A stretch of DNA of 57,615 nucleotides, filler included, from Dugesia japonica (lineage: Eukaryota): the NCBI GenBank assembly GCA_001938525.1. It is 4 parts of 4 records of this genome, joined end to end, with 100 filler letters (N's around TTAATTAATTAA, not from the genome) between each part and the next. Parts side by side here need not be neighbours in the genome. Positions count along the whole stretch, not along the records: positions 32,095 to 45,705 come from MQRL01535263.1; positions 45,806 to 57,615 come from MQRL01636773.1; 2 more parts are not named here. One strand, 5' to 3'. Shown here piece by piece: positions 38,165-51,672 of this stretch. Each line of letters begins with the position of its first letter. The stretch's first letter is position 1. Both the position numbers and the translations under genes were made by a program. The notes under the pieces were generated by a model, which was not told the DNA's origin, made no database searches, and saw only the letters and a list, made by a program, of their open reading frames with translations.

Positions 38165-40639
38165 GTTAATTTTATTTATATAAATTTATTTCGTCAGCAA
38201 TTTTTAACTAAATTTTGTTTATTTTAATGCTAAATAGTTTGCAAATAACTGCTAATTATTAGAAATTCATCCTGCTTATTGCTTTAGACAAATTAATACA
38301 AATTTTATTTATTTGTAATTTTGTTTGTTTTAATAGAACAAACTGTTAATTTATCATTATCAGAAATGTTTGATTTGGAGTTCTAAACATGAAACTCCCA
38401 AATTAATGCTAGAGCTATCCTATTATTTATGTANNNNNNNNNNNNNNNNNNNNNNNNNNNNNNNNNNNNNNNNNNNNNNNNNNNNNNNNNNNNNNNNNNN
38501 NNNNNNNNNNNNNNNNNNNNNNNNNNNNNNNNNNNNNNNNNNNNNNNNNNNNNNNNNNNNNNNNNNNNNNNNNNNNNNNNNNNNNNNNNNNNNNNNNNNN
38601 NNNNNNNNNNNNNNNNNNNNNNNATTTTACATTCTAACTTTAATAATAATTGAATATTTTATTGATTAGAAATATTATTTTTCGATTTTTTAATAATCTT
38701 GGGATTCCATCTAGGCAGCTCAATTTTAATAAATGTCTTAGTGTATCATGGAATTTAATCCAATGTCCCCGTTCTAGATTTTTCGTTTCTTCTCTCTATA
38801 ATACTTGCTTTGGTTCATGGAATTTCTTTAATCAATTGCGTAAGTTACTTGTCCAATTTTACATTTTTCGATAACGTTGTTAACTTTTTCGTCGCATATA
38901 GTATTCGTATTCTCGTTAATTCTCGAAGAATTTTTCCTGTTTCTTTTCTCAGCAATTCATAACCTCCTAATTTATCAATGTTTGTAAATAAACATCATTG
39001 GGCAATCAGTACATCTTTTGATCAATTTCTTAGATCGTTCAACAATTGTAGTCTTCGTCGTCAGGACTAGTGTCGTTGTAGTTATCTATGATGATCATGC
39101 CTCTGAATTTAATAGTATACCATGCTATGTTTTCCTCTAAGAGTGACCTAGGTTATTCGTGACTTAATAATGTCATCAACTATATCCCGGGACTTCATGA
39201 AATAATAAGTGTTTAAATCAGGACAACANNNNNNNNNNNNNNNNNNNNNNNNNNNNNNNNNNNNNNNNNNNNNNNNNNNNNNNNNNNNNNNNNNNNNNNN
39301 NNNNNNNNNNNNNNNNNNNNNNNNNNNNNNNNNNNNNNNNNNNNNNNNNNNNNNNNNNNNNNNNNNNNNNNNNNNNNNNNNNNNNNNNNNNNNNATTTAA
39401 TTCGGAAATTTTATTACAAGTAGTTGTTATTAATAATTATTAATTAAGAAAGGCTCATTTAATTTTAGAAGGTGTATTAGTAATCTATATTAAAAATTAC
39501 TGTTGACATTATTCATTAATGCTCAAGTGCTTACTAAATTATAATACATATTAACTTACGTGAGTGGATACATTACCAGGAACAGGAGCGTTGCACTTTA
39601 ATGTATTTCCTTATTCAGTGAGAACACCAAAACAAACCGCTGCATAAAGAATTCTTTATCTCTCATTTATTAGATGTGAAATCGCAGTAAAGTTAGTAAA
39701 AAAATTGATTGATTTTTTTGTGAAATGTATAACTGTATGTATATTTGTTGTGAACCAATTTGCGGCGTTGTAGGTTAAGTTTTCTAATTGGCTTACAGTT
39801 TATTACACAACTTATTCTTATTAGCTAAATTTTTAGATTTCCAAAACTTGTAGAATCTAATAGGCTATCCTTTAAAACCTTTATAACTCCCCTCATGGTT
39901 GTACTTTAAAATTGTACTTTCAAACTCTTCGAATTTTTTTCATAATTTAATTCTATTTCTTTAATAAATCGTTCTGATTTTAAATGATTATTTTAATTTT
40001 TAATAAATTAATTATTTTATTTAATTTTCTTTTAATTAATTCATTAGTTGGTTGACAATTTTTCTTTCTACGCTAAAAATTTTCCAAATAAATCTATTTC
40101 TCTAACTTTTCTTATTAATAATTTATTTTGCTGCTTTTCTTCAATTTAATAGTAACTCTTTCTTCTCGTATTGCAGATATTTATAATGAATTATTCAATC
40201 CTAACTTTTGTATAATGGTAAAATTTTACTTGTCCTTCTTTTAGCTCATTCTTTATTCTTTATTCACTGTCGTCAATAGATTGTCGATTGTTTTTTCTTA
40301 TCCTAGTTATTTCTTCTTTACTTGTTTTACCTTCTATTTTATGAATTTTCCTTAATTATTGATTATCCTTTAATCCGGGCTTCTCAAGTTTATTTTCCTA
40401 TACTAATATATCCATTTTAAAACCATGTTCTACTTATTAATTTCTCTTTATCTTATTATATTAGGGTGTTCTACTTCAACAATAAAATCCTTTGTCAATT
40501 AACTTATAATTACTAATAAAACAAGAAGGAAATTAAAGACTATTTTGAAGAAACAAGTTAAGTGAAAATAAGCAGTACAATTCGTAATCATATTTTTATT
40601 TAAGTAGAAAAAGCTTAAAATTTTTATTATGAAGATGTG

Positions 40640-41420
40640 ATACAAAAATAAAATAAAAACTATTACTTTTGTAAAACTAGATGTTAAATTTGAAAACTGA
40701 ACAAACGAAAACACATTTTAAGGTTAGCCTGTTCTGGTTTCGTCCATCTAAAACTAAATATAATTATTAAAAACATTCAAATAGCAAGTGAAGCAACTTC
40801 TACTGATGAAAATGTAGCTAAAACGTTTGGAGAAACTATTGTAAATATTTTATTAGATAAATGTCGAAAAGAGCAAATTTTTAATTGCAATGGAACTTTA
40901 CTTTAGTGGATATTTATACTGAGTCGGATTTAAGAGCAATAAAAAAGAACCAGCTTACAAATCAATGAGAAAAATATTAACTTTGATTGTTTTGTTGAAT
41001 CGTTATTGGATATTAGACTAAACCAGAATTAATTTATAAAGTGTAAAATCTATGAACACTTAAAAATCGAANNNNNNNNNNNNNNNNNNNNNNNNGAATT
41101 TTACTTCAAAACCTTGTACTGCCGCTTATATATTCACAGATTTCTTTAATAATTCTTTTATTGTAGATGTTTGAAGTTATCCAAGAAAAAGTTATCCATT
41201 TCAAGTTTTTCTAATAATAAATTAAGCTGTGGAATATCCCAAATTCTTAATAGTTAAAAGTTAAAGCGTCGTAATGAATTATTATTCGCTCCAAAAACTA
41301 AAGTATTAATTTTGATTTTGGACCAAAGTGTTACATTATTACAAAGAAAATTAGTTCAGTGGAATATTGGTAAAGTTTACAATTGAGGATGTAATTTCAT
41401 TTATTATAAATAAAACAAGA
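40640..41420 (+). mobile_element. Highly decayed Tigger/pogo transposase remnant
   Basis: EQIFNCNGTLL*W resembles QIFNCDETGLFW; ILDQSV resembles PLDQGV. Confidence 0.55.
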
Positions 41421-42660
41421 AACCATAAACAATTTCAACAGTAGTGAGGTTAATTTGTTGTTAAATGCTAATTAATGTTGTAAACGAAATTAATTTTTCT
41501 GAATTAAATTTTGCTAATGGATTTGACTTTATCCAACTAGTCTGCTGTGAGTGTTCTTCAAGTGGGCCACAAAATTCTTGATTGTTGGAACAAACGTCCG
41601 TAGACAGTGTAATTTTAAAAGCAACATTTTAAAGTTTCATTATACTGTTACTCAAGAACAATAAAAAGTTTTTAATTTGCATTATTTAGACAAGTTATCT
41701 TTCTTCAAAACTTCAATCTAAGAGTATTTCTTTAATTAGATAATTCTTACTTTATTTCAAAGTTATTCCAAATTATTATTAATAAAACATTTAAAAATAA
41801 AGAGCTCGATCTAAAAAATTCAAAAGTTCATATTATAATTCTTATGTTAAGAGATTTTTTAATTTTCTCAACATCCTTCTCGAATTGCTTCCTTTTTAGT
41901 CTTTGTACAGCATACCGTTTGTTGTGACTTTTCTAAATTATTCTTGTTTCTGACTACACGTGAATGAAATCTCTTACTCCAAATGACCTATTAGTAGACA
42001 TTTCTGGAATATGAACTTTAGTTCTTTAACATTATTTGACTCGCGCCACTTTTCTGCTAATACTCTTACCAAACATGATCTCATACGGGCTTTTCACATT
42101 TTGTGGCGTTCATCGTAAATTCTCTATCAGGTAAATTTCTCTACAATCTGAAGTTCCTCTCTCCAGACGTTCAGTGTGAAAGAAAAAGAAGTGTTGAGTG
42201 AAATTTTAAATAATATAACAGAAAAGTTGAAACCCTAACTGCAAAATCTTAATTAATTTTAAATGGGAATTCAAAACAAATATCCAAATATTTTTAACTA
42301 CATATGTTTGTAAAATTGGGTTTTCTGCTCTTGCACTAGTAAAAACACAAATAATATTAATNNNNNNNNNNNNNNNNNNNNNNNNNNNNNNNNNNNNNNN
42401 NNNNNNNNNNNNNNNNNNNNNNNNNNNNNNNNNNNNNNNNNNNNNNNNNNNNNNNNNNNNNNNNNNNNNNNNNNNNNNNNNNNNNNNNNNNNNNNNNNNN
42501 NNNNNNNNNNNNNNNNNNNNNNNNNNNNNNNNNNNNNNNNNNNNNNNNNNNNNNNNNNNNNNNNNNNNNNNNNNNNNNNNNNNNNNNNNNNNNNNNAAAA
42601 GAAAACTCTTATATTTTCTAATTGTATTTATACACATTTTATTGTTTTTGTATGTTTCAG

Positions 42661-42759
42661 TGTATGTTTACAATGATTGGTTCAATGTCTCAGAAAACTA
42701 TTAACAATTATAGGAAAGATTTTGAACAAATATTAACTGAAAAAAAAAATCAGAAATAA
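42661..42759 (+). CDS. GRTP1: TBC-domain protein terminal exon
   Basis: tttcag|CMFTMIGSMSQKTINNYRKDFEQILTEKKNQK*; phase 0, similar to the GRTP1 C-terminus. Confidence 0.75.
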   Translation, partial: CMFTMIGSMSQKTINNYRKDFEQILTEKKNQK

Positions 42760-43429
42760 ATATTCTGCTACTTTTTCTTTGGAAACAGTTTTAAATGATT
42801 TTAATTTCATACTGTAAAATCAGACTATTTTTTATATTTTGTTTTCCTTTTAATTTATAATTCATTTATGTATTAATTGAATTCATTTAATGTATTGTTG
42901 ATTTTTTAGTTTATTTATTATGGATTTTTCAATTCAAATTATTTTTATTGTAAATTTATAAGTTCAAGATTAATAGTATTATCCAATAGTTGTTATGGAA
43001 ATAATTATCAATTAATTAAACTTCATTGAGCTATCAAGTATTTTCGAATGCACTATTTAGAAACACACGTATGCTTTATTTCATGATTTATTGACTTAAA
43101 ATTATTTAGTTTTTTCCTTAACCTTCAAATTTTATTTTTTGAATACAAGATTTTTAGAAAAAATTTTAAGAAATAAATATTTTAAATTTAAATTACATAA
43201 TTACTTAATTTTTAATGATTATTATAAAGAACTGTAATCATTTATGATAATTTTTTTTCAATTTTCTTGAATTTATTCGCTTCAAATTTTTTAAAATAAA
43301 ATTTGATTACTATTTTAATAATTATTTCTTGTTTTTACATCAATCATAGAAAGGTAGTATATACATATTACTAGGTTATAAAATAACGAATCAATATTAT
43401 TATTGAAGGTAGACAAGAAATAGATCTCA

Positions 43430-43800
43430 TATGAACTCTCAGAGCAAATTCCTAATTTGCACCACCTAAAATTAATCGAATCAACCTCACTGAAGAAATT
43501 CACAATCAAATAACCTAATGAAAATTGAATCCGAGGAAATTCAGATAAAAACCATCTATAGCCATACAAAAATAGAGCTGATTCGACCTCACCCCGGAAA
43601 TTTACGACAAAATTCACCTTAACCAGCCAAAAGTTGACTAAATTTGACCAGTCCGAGGAAAGATTTAACCCAAATCACCTGAATTATCCCAAAATTAACC
43701 TCATTCCACCTCACCGAGTAAATTTCTGAAAAAAAATGACCTAAATTGACCATTCCCGTCGAAAGAATTTAAATAAATCACCAAAAAACTACCCAAATTG
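43430..43800. repeat. Degenerate minisatellite (acctcac..aaatt..aaatcacct units)
   Basis: Recurring motifs; the minus-strand ORFs here are repeat-derived. Confidence 0.55.
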
Positions 43801-43910
43801 GCAATTAATATTGTTAGGTTAAATGTCACGTTTGTTATGTGTGCATTGATTATGTAATTTAATAAATTTCGCAAGTGGGCCAGTATGTATGCATCCACTT
43901 ACTTAGGTAT

Positions 43911-45385
43911 TGTTAGGGAAATCTTCAATTGGTAATTCATTTTGCAAATCACAATATTTTTAGATATCATTTATTTCGCTATTACAACACAAGCTTATTA
44001 AGATAATTATACTTGAAATAGAACTGTTTATATATTAAAATGGAATTTGATCACTTTCTATTGGATTAAATTATTAAATAATAATTATTTCCTTATATCC
44101 CTCTTTTTTAGAAACTACTAAGTTTTTCCACATTTTTTTCCAATCGTTGTCCATTTTCTCTTTGTACTGCATACCGCCTTTCATGAATTTTCTTAATTAT
44201 TCGATAAGGTCCTTCAAATCTGTCATGACTTTTATTTCTTGTTTCTATTTTAATGAGTACAAATGGCCTACGTTGAATTCTCTGTTAGTAATCGCGTCTG
44301 AAGTGTTTTCTTTAAATTTATCTGAAACGTCTGGCTCATACCATTTTTCTCTGCTAATTTTATTTTCAAGTACGATCTTTCCAGTCGTCTTCTGTTTTGT
44401 TGCATTCATTGTAAATTTTATTTTTGGTAAAAGATCTTCCCAATTTGTTGTCTTTTTTAATGAAATCTCGAATTGTCCTGAACTGTCTTTCAATTTTTCC
44501 TTTTGCATTATGATCATAGGGACTCGAAAAGCAATGTTTAATATCTAGCTTTAGTGCAAAATCTCGCCTAACTCTGGATTCAAAAGCTTTTCCACAGTCT
44601 GGTCTTATTTCGCTTGGGCATCTTAATCTCGATATCCACTTTTCAAAAATAGATATTGCTTGTCCGTCTTGTCTATGTAATGCTATAAGAACTAGATATT
44701 TACTGTACTCGTCGATTATTCCAAGAATGTATTTTTTCCGTCTACTTGTTTCCTGCATTGGTTCACAAATATCTATGAATATCATTTCAAATAAATTGGT
44801 AGCTTCTAATCTCTTTGTCTGCTTTTTAGTTGTTGTTGTTACTACTTTGGTCTTCTGACAAACTTCACAACTACGAACTATCTTCTGTATTTGGCTCTAC
44901 AAATGCTTCGCAATATATTTGTTTCTCAAATATTCGTAGAACCTTTTCAACTCCTGTGTGACAGAATAATTTATGTATTTCTTCTATTGCCTCATGTATT
45001 TTGTCATCCAGAATTCCTTTTTCTTGATTAAATGTGTTTCCTCAGAAATGTCTAACTGTTCTTCTTTTTCCTTTCGAATTATGTTCAGTATTCTCGTTTT
45101 ATTCTTCCTTTTTTTACCATTTTCATGTGACATTTGTCATGTACACATACCTCACATCTTTGTCTAGAGAACATATCTGCATTACTATTCCTTTTCTTTA
45201 TTTAAGTTTTGACACCATCCCTGCTAATTATGTGTCAAAGAAATTCTTTTTCTCTTTGAAGAAACTGGCACTTTTCTGAATTAATTCGTAGACCAGCCTT
45301 CATTATTTTAATCAATACTCTGTCAATTACTTCACAGGGTTGATCTTTATTGTTTGTAGATATATAGATTTCATCAAGACAAATT
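43911..45385 (-). mobile_element. Ty3/Gypsy copy D (end of RT, integrase, PPT, 3' LTR 43911-44097; RNase H deleted)
   Basis: IFIDICEP...IIDEYSKY...PDCGKAF...ERQFRTI integrase core; PPT AAAAAAGAGGGA; LTR homologous to copy A. Confidence 0.88.
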
Positions 45386-45394
45386 ATGGCTTCA

Positions 45395-45670
45395 TTGAGT
45401 ATAGATGTTTATATACAATTATATTTGGATAACCATTATTTAGAAATTTATTTTTTGTCAACCTGTATGAAGTCAGTCTCATTTCTTCGTTTAAAGATAA
45501 TCTTTCAGCTCTTATTTTTTCACTCTTGATTATTCCAATTTTCTGCCTGATGATAGTATTACTACTCCATGGTAATATTTGTCCACTGTGAAATGGTTTC
45601 AGGTTGATAAAAAATAAATTTCTAAATAATAGTTATCCAAATATAATTGTATATAAACATCTATACTCAA
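45395..45670. repeat. Inverted repeat with 71-bp arms (45395-45465 and 45600-45670)
   Basis: Near-perfect reverse complements. Confidence 0.85.
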
Positions 45671-45705
45671 ATACAGAATGTAATAAAATCAAACAAAAGA
45701 CAAAT

Positions 45706-45805
45706 NNNNNNNNNNNNNNNNNNNNNNNNNNNNNNNNNNNNNNNNNNNNTTAATTAATTAANNNNNNNNNNNNNNNNNNNNNNNNNNNNNNNNNNNNNNN
45801 NNNNN
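45706..45805. other. Artificial contig spacer
   Basis: 44N-TTAATTAATTAA-44N. Confidence 0.95.
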
Positions 45806-46243
45806 TTTGTAACAGCAAAGATAAGTTTGATTTCGCGATGATTAGATTGATTGATAATATTCTGAATGCAAACAAAGAAAATAATTAAAATTAGAAAGCG
45901 AAAGTGAAAAAGTGAAGGTTCTTATAATCCAGATGAAGAGTGCTTCCTAAAATAACACACCTAAGAAAATTATAAAGCTTAATGTTTAAATATTATGTTT
46001 GTAGTATGAAATATCGAAAAAAATATTTATGTTTAAAATTCTTGTTTTTACAATTTTTTATTAAAACTGCTGTTGGGTAGCTAAAATATATTGGTGCGCA
46101 AAGGATTAATAAACTGTTTACCGCCTAGTTTTGCAGTTAATATCTAAATTATTGCATTTAAAAAATTGTAAAAACATTGCGCATTGAAGTTAATATATTT
46201 CACTTAGCATATTTATATCAGTAAATAGAGTAGGTCGAATATC

Positions 46244-46680
46244 TTAGGGGTGCAGAAAAGTAATGAGAAAATTTTATGTCTTTATATTTTATTTATTAAC
46301 AAAAAACAATTTATCATTTATATAATTGCCATCATTTTCAATAACTCTGCCATCTATTCACCAAGAAATGAATCCCATCCGAATAAAATTTGACTTATTT
46401 TACAAAAAATAGTTAGAGAGGTCCAGTTTAATGTCTTCTAAACTTTTTTAAGTTTTACCTCTTCAAAAGTGTTCGAGAGAACGGAATAGGTAATAATCTG
46501 ATAGAGCAATATCGAGACTTTGTGGTGGATGTTGCAAAAATTCAAATCTCAAATCTTTGATTTTTAATTGAGTCATCTTTAAAGTGTGCGGTTTTGCGTT
46601 ATCATGAAGATGAATAATACCTTTTCTGGAAATCAATTCAGGATGTTTCTTTGCCAAAACTGATTTTAAAGTATCTAATG
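46244..46680 (-). mobile_element. Mariner 3' half
   Basis: HLHDNAKPH and HPPQSLDIALSDYYLFRSL (YSPDLAPSD-like); TIR TTAGGGGTGCAGAAAAGTAATG. Confidence 0.88.
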
Positions 46681-47776
46681 ATTTGATATTATGAGCAGAA
46701 CGTTTTTGTAAGCTGGTAAAATAAAATCATATCTTTTTGTAGCTCTGTATGTCAATAATAATAAATTTCAATTGATTTTATATACTGGAAATGTAATTAT
46801 AAAGACGGATTTCTATAATTAAATTTAGTTAAAATTATTTTTATACCCAAAATGGAAGGGGCGCCATTTATGTAGTTTGTTCCTGGGTACACAATACTCT
46901 TGGAATTTCACTGTTAAACATCACTTAAATTGAAAACTTTCAAATTATCTGATCTCATATTTAAATCATTGAACAATGTCACAATATTGTCAATTTGAAC
47001 TTTTAATATAATCCAATTTTTAAATAAATTTATAATTGAATGACTTTTGAGATATCTATTTTACATTAGTTATATAAATAATTTCCATAGTCATGAAAAA
47101 CAAAGCTCGTAATTAATAATGGAGTACAATATTTGAAATTATTCATTATTTATTTAATTTATTAAGTTGTTAATTGAAAATTATAAACTTTCGATGAATG
47201 ACTTGTACTATATTTGACGTTTTTCCATTTGTATAATTTTATGGAGTTATGTTTTAAGTTAATATTGATTTTTGCTTTTGTTATGAATTTTTCTGTAACT
47301 GCTTTTCTTTGAAACATTTTTGAATTCTATTATATGATAAATTGATATTTTGACTTTCTTCACCTTCATTTATTAGTGATTGTTCTTGTATTAAATATAA
47401 TATTCTTCTACGAAAATGTAAGTCATTTTCCAATCAAAATTTGAAATGCTTCCGTTATCTAAACTATAACGAGTAATAATATAAATAAAATAATTATCTT
47501 TCGTTTTTAAATAACTTTTCTATTCAAAGGAATCTTTTCAAATTTAGATATCTAAATTTTTATTTATCAAGTAAAATTTTATAGCGAAATAATTTCATAC
47601 ATCAAAATTGATCCTATTACCAATATAGTAGCAATATATATAAAATTACAAGATAATTTCACTTTTTCTAAACCTATTTAGCAAATTCGCAGTTACTGTT
47701 TAATATTTGTAATCGAAATTTTCTAATTTATATTTAACTAAGTGATATAATTTTAATTAATAATGGAATTTATTAG

Positions 47777-47937
47777 TTATTTCTTCGGAAGAAAATACTG
47801 AGCGAATCAATGAAATCAAAAATTTGATTTCTCAGTTGTGTATAACTGTAAATGTTGATGAGTTCAATTTGCAAAAGGAACATGAGTTAAAAATGAAAAT
47901 CGAAAAAATTCAATGTGAATTAAATCCATTGGAAGAA
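47777..47937 (+). CDS. MCU: Mitochondrial calcium uniporter exon (coiled coil 1)
   Basis: ttag|ISSEENTERINEIKNLISQL...QKEHEL...ELNPLEE|gtaaaa. Confidence 0.88.
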
Positions 47938-47977
47938 GTAAAATATTTGGTGGGAAATGTTTTATTTATATTTTTAG

Positions 47978-48181
47978 CAAAGAGAAAGTATAGCAAAAAC
48001 AGCTGCAAAGCATACTCGGAGATTGACATGGTTAGGATTAGGAGCTATGGGTTTACAATTTGGATTACTTGCACGTCTTACCTGGTGGGAATATTCATGG
48101 GATATAATGGAACCAGTTACTTATTTTGTTGGTTATGGTACAGCAATAGCAATGTATGCATATTACGTTGTCACGAGACAA
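47978..48181 (+). CDS. MCU: MCU exon with TM1, DIME selectivity filter and TM2
   Basis: tttag|QRESIAK...[42 protein letters not shown]|gtaagt. This frame is missed by the ORF track. Confidence 0.96.
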
Positions 48182-51100
48182 GTAAGTTGAAAATAATTCA
48201 AAAATAATTTTTTTACTGTGTTATAATTGATTATCCATCAAAGTCCTTTATTTATAATATTTGCTATTGGCATAAACTGATATAGAAAATGCATTAGTTT
48301 TAAATTTATCTTAAATCTGTTGTAATAATATTTCTATTTATCTAATTTTCTTTTTGTTGACTTTAATTTGTATTTCATTTGGAGTAAACTGATTTATTCA
48401 ATATTTGCCGAAAGATATAATATTGTGCATTATAACTCAGATTATATTTATAACATATTTATTTACACTTTTCTTTCCAATTTCATTAATGAAGTTTTTC
48501 CATTAGTCCAACAAAAGCAACCAAAAATAAACAGAAATAACCATATATTTTAAAATATTTAATGTATAAAAATTAAAAATAGACATTNNNNATTTTAAAA
48601 TATTTAAAACTTAATGATGGGGCGCATAATTGCCATTAGTAAAACAATATTTTCATTTATTAGTAGTTTTACTGTCGACAAAATTTATTTGTTTGTTATC
48701 TTTCGAAATCAATAATAGGCAATCATTTAACCAATGAGTAAAGTATTGAAAATTAATATTTCTTCTATCAAGAAATTCCTTTGAGATCATTTTCATTAAC
48801 GAAAATGGAAAATATGTGAAAGGAATTGGGATTATCTTACTTTTGATATTGGGAGTTATGTTGAGGTCATACTTGTCTTAAATGACATAAAAATAAAATT
48901 CTGTTTAATAGCAATAGATTAGTAATGATTTAAAATTTATGTAATTTTTATTTATTCACTTAAAGAAATTAATACTTTTTCTCTCAATTTGTATCATTTG
49001 AAAATGAAAGCTATTCAAAATTTATTTAAAATCTGTTACATTTTAAAGTTTAAACCAATGAAAAGCATTTTTTATTTAGTTTTTAAAATGTAATTTCTTT
49101 CAATTTCATACTTTCAGTTTCTATGTACAATTGCAAAGTCTTTATGATTTTTTCATTGTGAGGGATTAAAAGCAATTTTGAAAATAGAAAAAATATATGT
49201 TTTTCAAATAAATCTTTTTTAGTTTTTCAATTTAAATTTTTGAATGTTTCAAAAATGAAGAGAGAAGAAAATAACTCTTTTAAAAAATTTGAAGTTTTTA
49301 TATTTATTTATTAAAATAACTCAAATCTTTTAGTGATAAATTATCAAGAAACTTTTTTTATAAATTATTATTAACTTGAAAATATTAAAATTAGGTCATT
49401 CGGAAAATAATGGCCGATTTCGAAACTAAAATTTAAACTATCATAATTAAGTCCATTATAAAAGTTTTATTAAAAATAAGCACCATTGGAATCTGCATTT
49501 TTATCATTGTGATACAAATTTATTGATTACCATTTGAAAAGAATCTGAATTTCTGGAGTTGGAAATAGATATTCTTTATAGATATTTTTGAAATTCTGGA
49601 CTATTGAAAAATCCACCAATACTTTCTGAATAACGTAATACCTTATCACTGAAAATGTATTGATATTTTTAGGTTTATAATCAAGGATTTTTTTAAATCG
49701 TGGTATATTTTTGCAAAAATTATTGAGNNNNNNNNNNNNNNNNNNNNNNNNNNNNNNNNNNNNNNNNNNNNNNNNNNNNNNNNNNNNNNNNNNNNNNNNN
49801 NNNNNNNNNNNNNNNNNNNNNNNNNNNNNNNNNNNNNNNNNNNNNNNNNNNNNNNNNNNNNNNNNNNNNNNNNNNNNNNNNNNNNNNNNNNNNNNNNNNN
49901 NNNNNNNNNNNNNAGTTCAAAGTACAAAATTTCAAATGAATTTTTTTCATTTTAGAAAGAAATAACTTAATGTTTTTGAGTAAACTTATTTTTTCTGTTG
50001 CACTATTTTTTGTCTATTTTAAAGAAAAGATCTTATCGAATTACCTAATTCTATAGATAATTTATTTAAGTGTAAAATCCCATTAAATCAATTATATTTA
50101 AAAGCAAAGTTTTCGTTTATTGAAAACATAATTTCCTGAGAAATTTTGAAAATTAGAAATATAAAAAAAATAATTTATTAAAATTAATAAGCAAATAATC
50201 TATAATGAAAGGCATTAAATACAAATTTCTAAGCGTATATATTATAATAGAAATTAAAATTTAACTTGTTTTCATTACAACTGCATTTCATCTCAAGTTT
50301 ACGGTGAATTTCTCATTTTATTTCATAATTTTTTATATTTTATTTAAATTGTAAATAATTTGTGATTTTGGGTAAAAAATATTTTTACTTAGATTTTTTT
50401 TATTTTGTAAATATTTACTATTTTGAGTTGACTAATAAATGTAATTGATTTTTTTTCTGGGTGAATTCCATGTTTACACATAATCATATGAAAATAAATA
50501 TGGCTATCAGTAAATTTTGGTTAAGTTTATTTTTACTGAGTTACATTTGATACAATTGAAAGAAATTCGGTTTTTAATTTGCTTACATTTACATACTACT
50601 TGTTTCTTTATAGCATAAAATTTGCTTATTAAATTGAAGTCCCTTATTTTAGTTAATTGGAAGAGTCATATCTGTTTTGTATCGAGTTTCTATTAAAAAA
50701 TAATTGTGAGAAAATTTCAATATATGCGAATTATCAGAAATAGTTTTCATTGGAATCGTTTTGCTTAATCAATTATACGAAGTATTCGTTTATATACTAC
50801 AATTTTCTTTAGGAAAACACATGGAAATTTAAATGAGTGTAATATGTTTTCAATTCATTAGAAACACTTTATCTAATAATCCAGGCAATTAAATTATTGC
50901 CTTTTAATATAAAAATAATTTTTCAATTAAAATTAAAAAATACTGTTATTCATGTGTTTATATATGAAACATTTTCACAAGGTAATTATTTGTACAAAAT
51001 AGAAATTTTATAGACAAGTTAATATATTTTTGAAATTAATTAATATTTTTTGTTGCATAAAATTACTTTTTTCTCATTTTCAACCAATATGATTAAATTC

Positions 51101-51672
51101 CATTATCATTATAATACATCAATCATTTACTAAGCTAGCTGTATAGTTTAAAGTCATCATTACCAAGGAGAACGTCTGAATCAATATTTATTCACTTTAA
51201 GCAATAGTTAATTCTATTGACAATTCGATATATGACACTATTGATTGAAAAATTTAATTACTTAATTTTACCAGTGTTTGTTATTGATATTCATTTCTTC
51301 TACTTATCAATAAATCAGTTGAACTCCAACTTAAAGAAAGTTTTTGATTTTCATATCAGTTAATATAAATCTTATTTATTATGGTTCATTAATTATTAAT
51401 ATCTACTTTATTATCTTATCATTTGAATCAATTTCCTCCGCCTCCAAACACTTGATTGTCTTAATCAGAAATATATAATCAGCGCATTTGAATTTTGTCA
51501 AAGTAAATAAAGCTATCTGAAAATCCGTATTTGTTATCAAAATGCAAAATATACATTTTATAGTGTTTTTTTTTCTGTTTCATTTTTTTGGATATACTGA
51601 TACAAAAAATACTTATTTGTCCAGATTTAATTTTGAAGAGAAAATAAATATGCCAACAATGAAGAGTAAATA

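Noticed and set aside
47824-48207. 127-aa ORF as a single protein
   Set aside because: It reads through the 40-nt intron into the wrong frame; the real product is spliced MCU.
50810-51670. Candidate last MCU exon at acceptors ~50812 and ~51624
   Set aside because: Phase-0 reading hits early stops and shows no similarity to the MCU C-terminal coiled coil.
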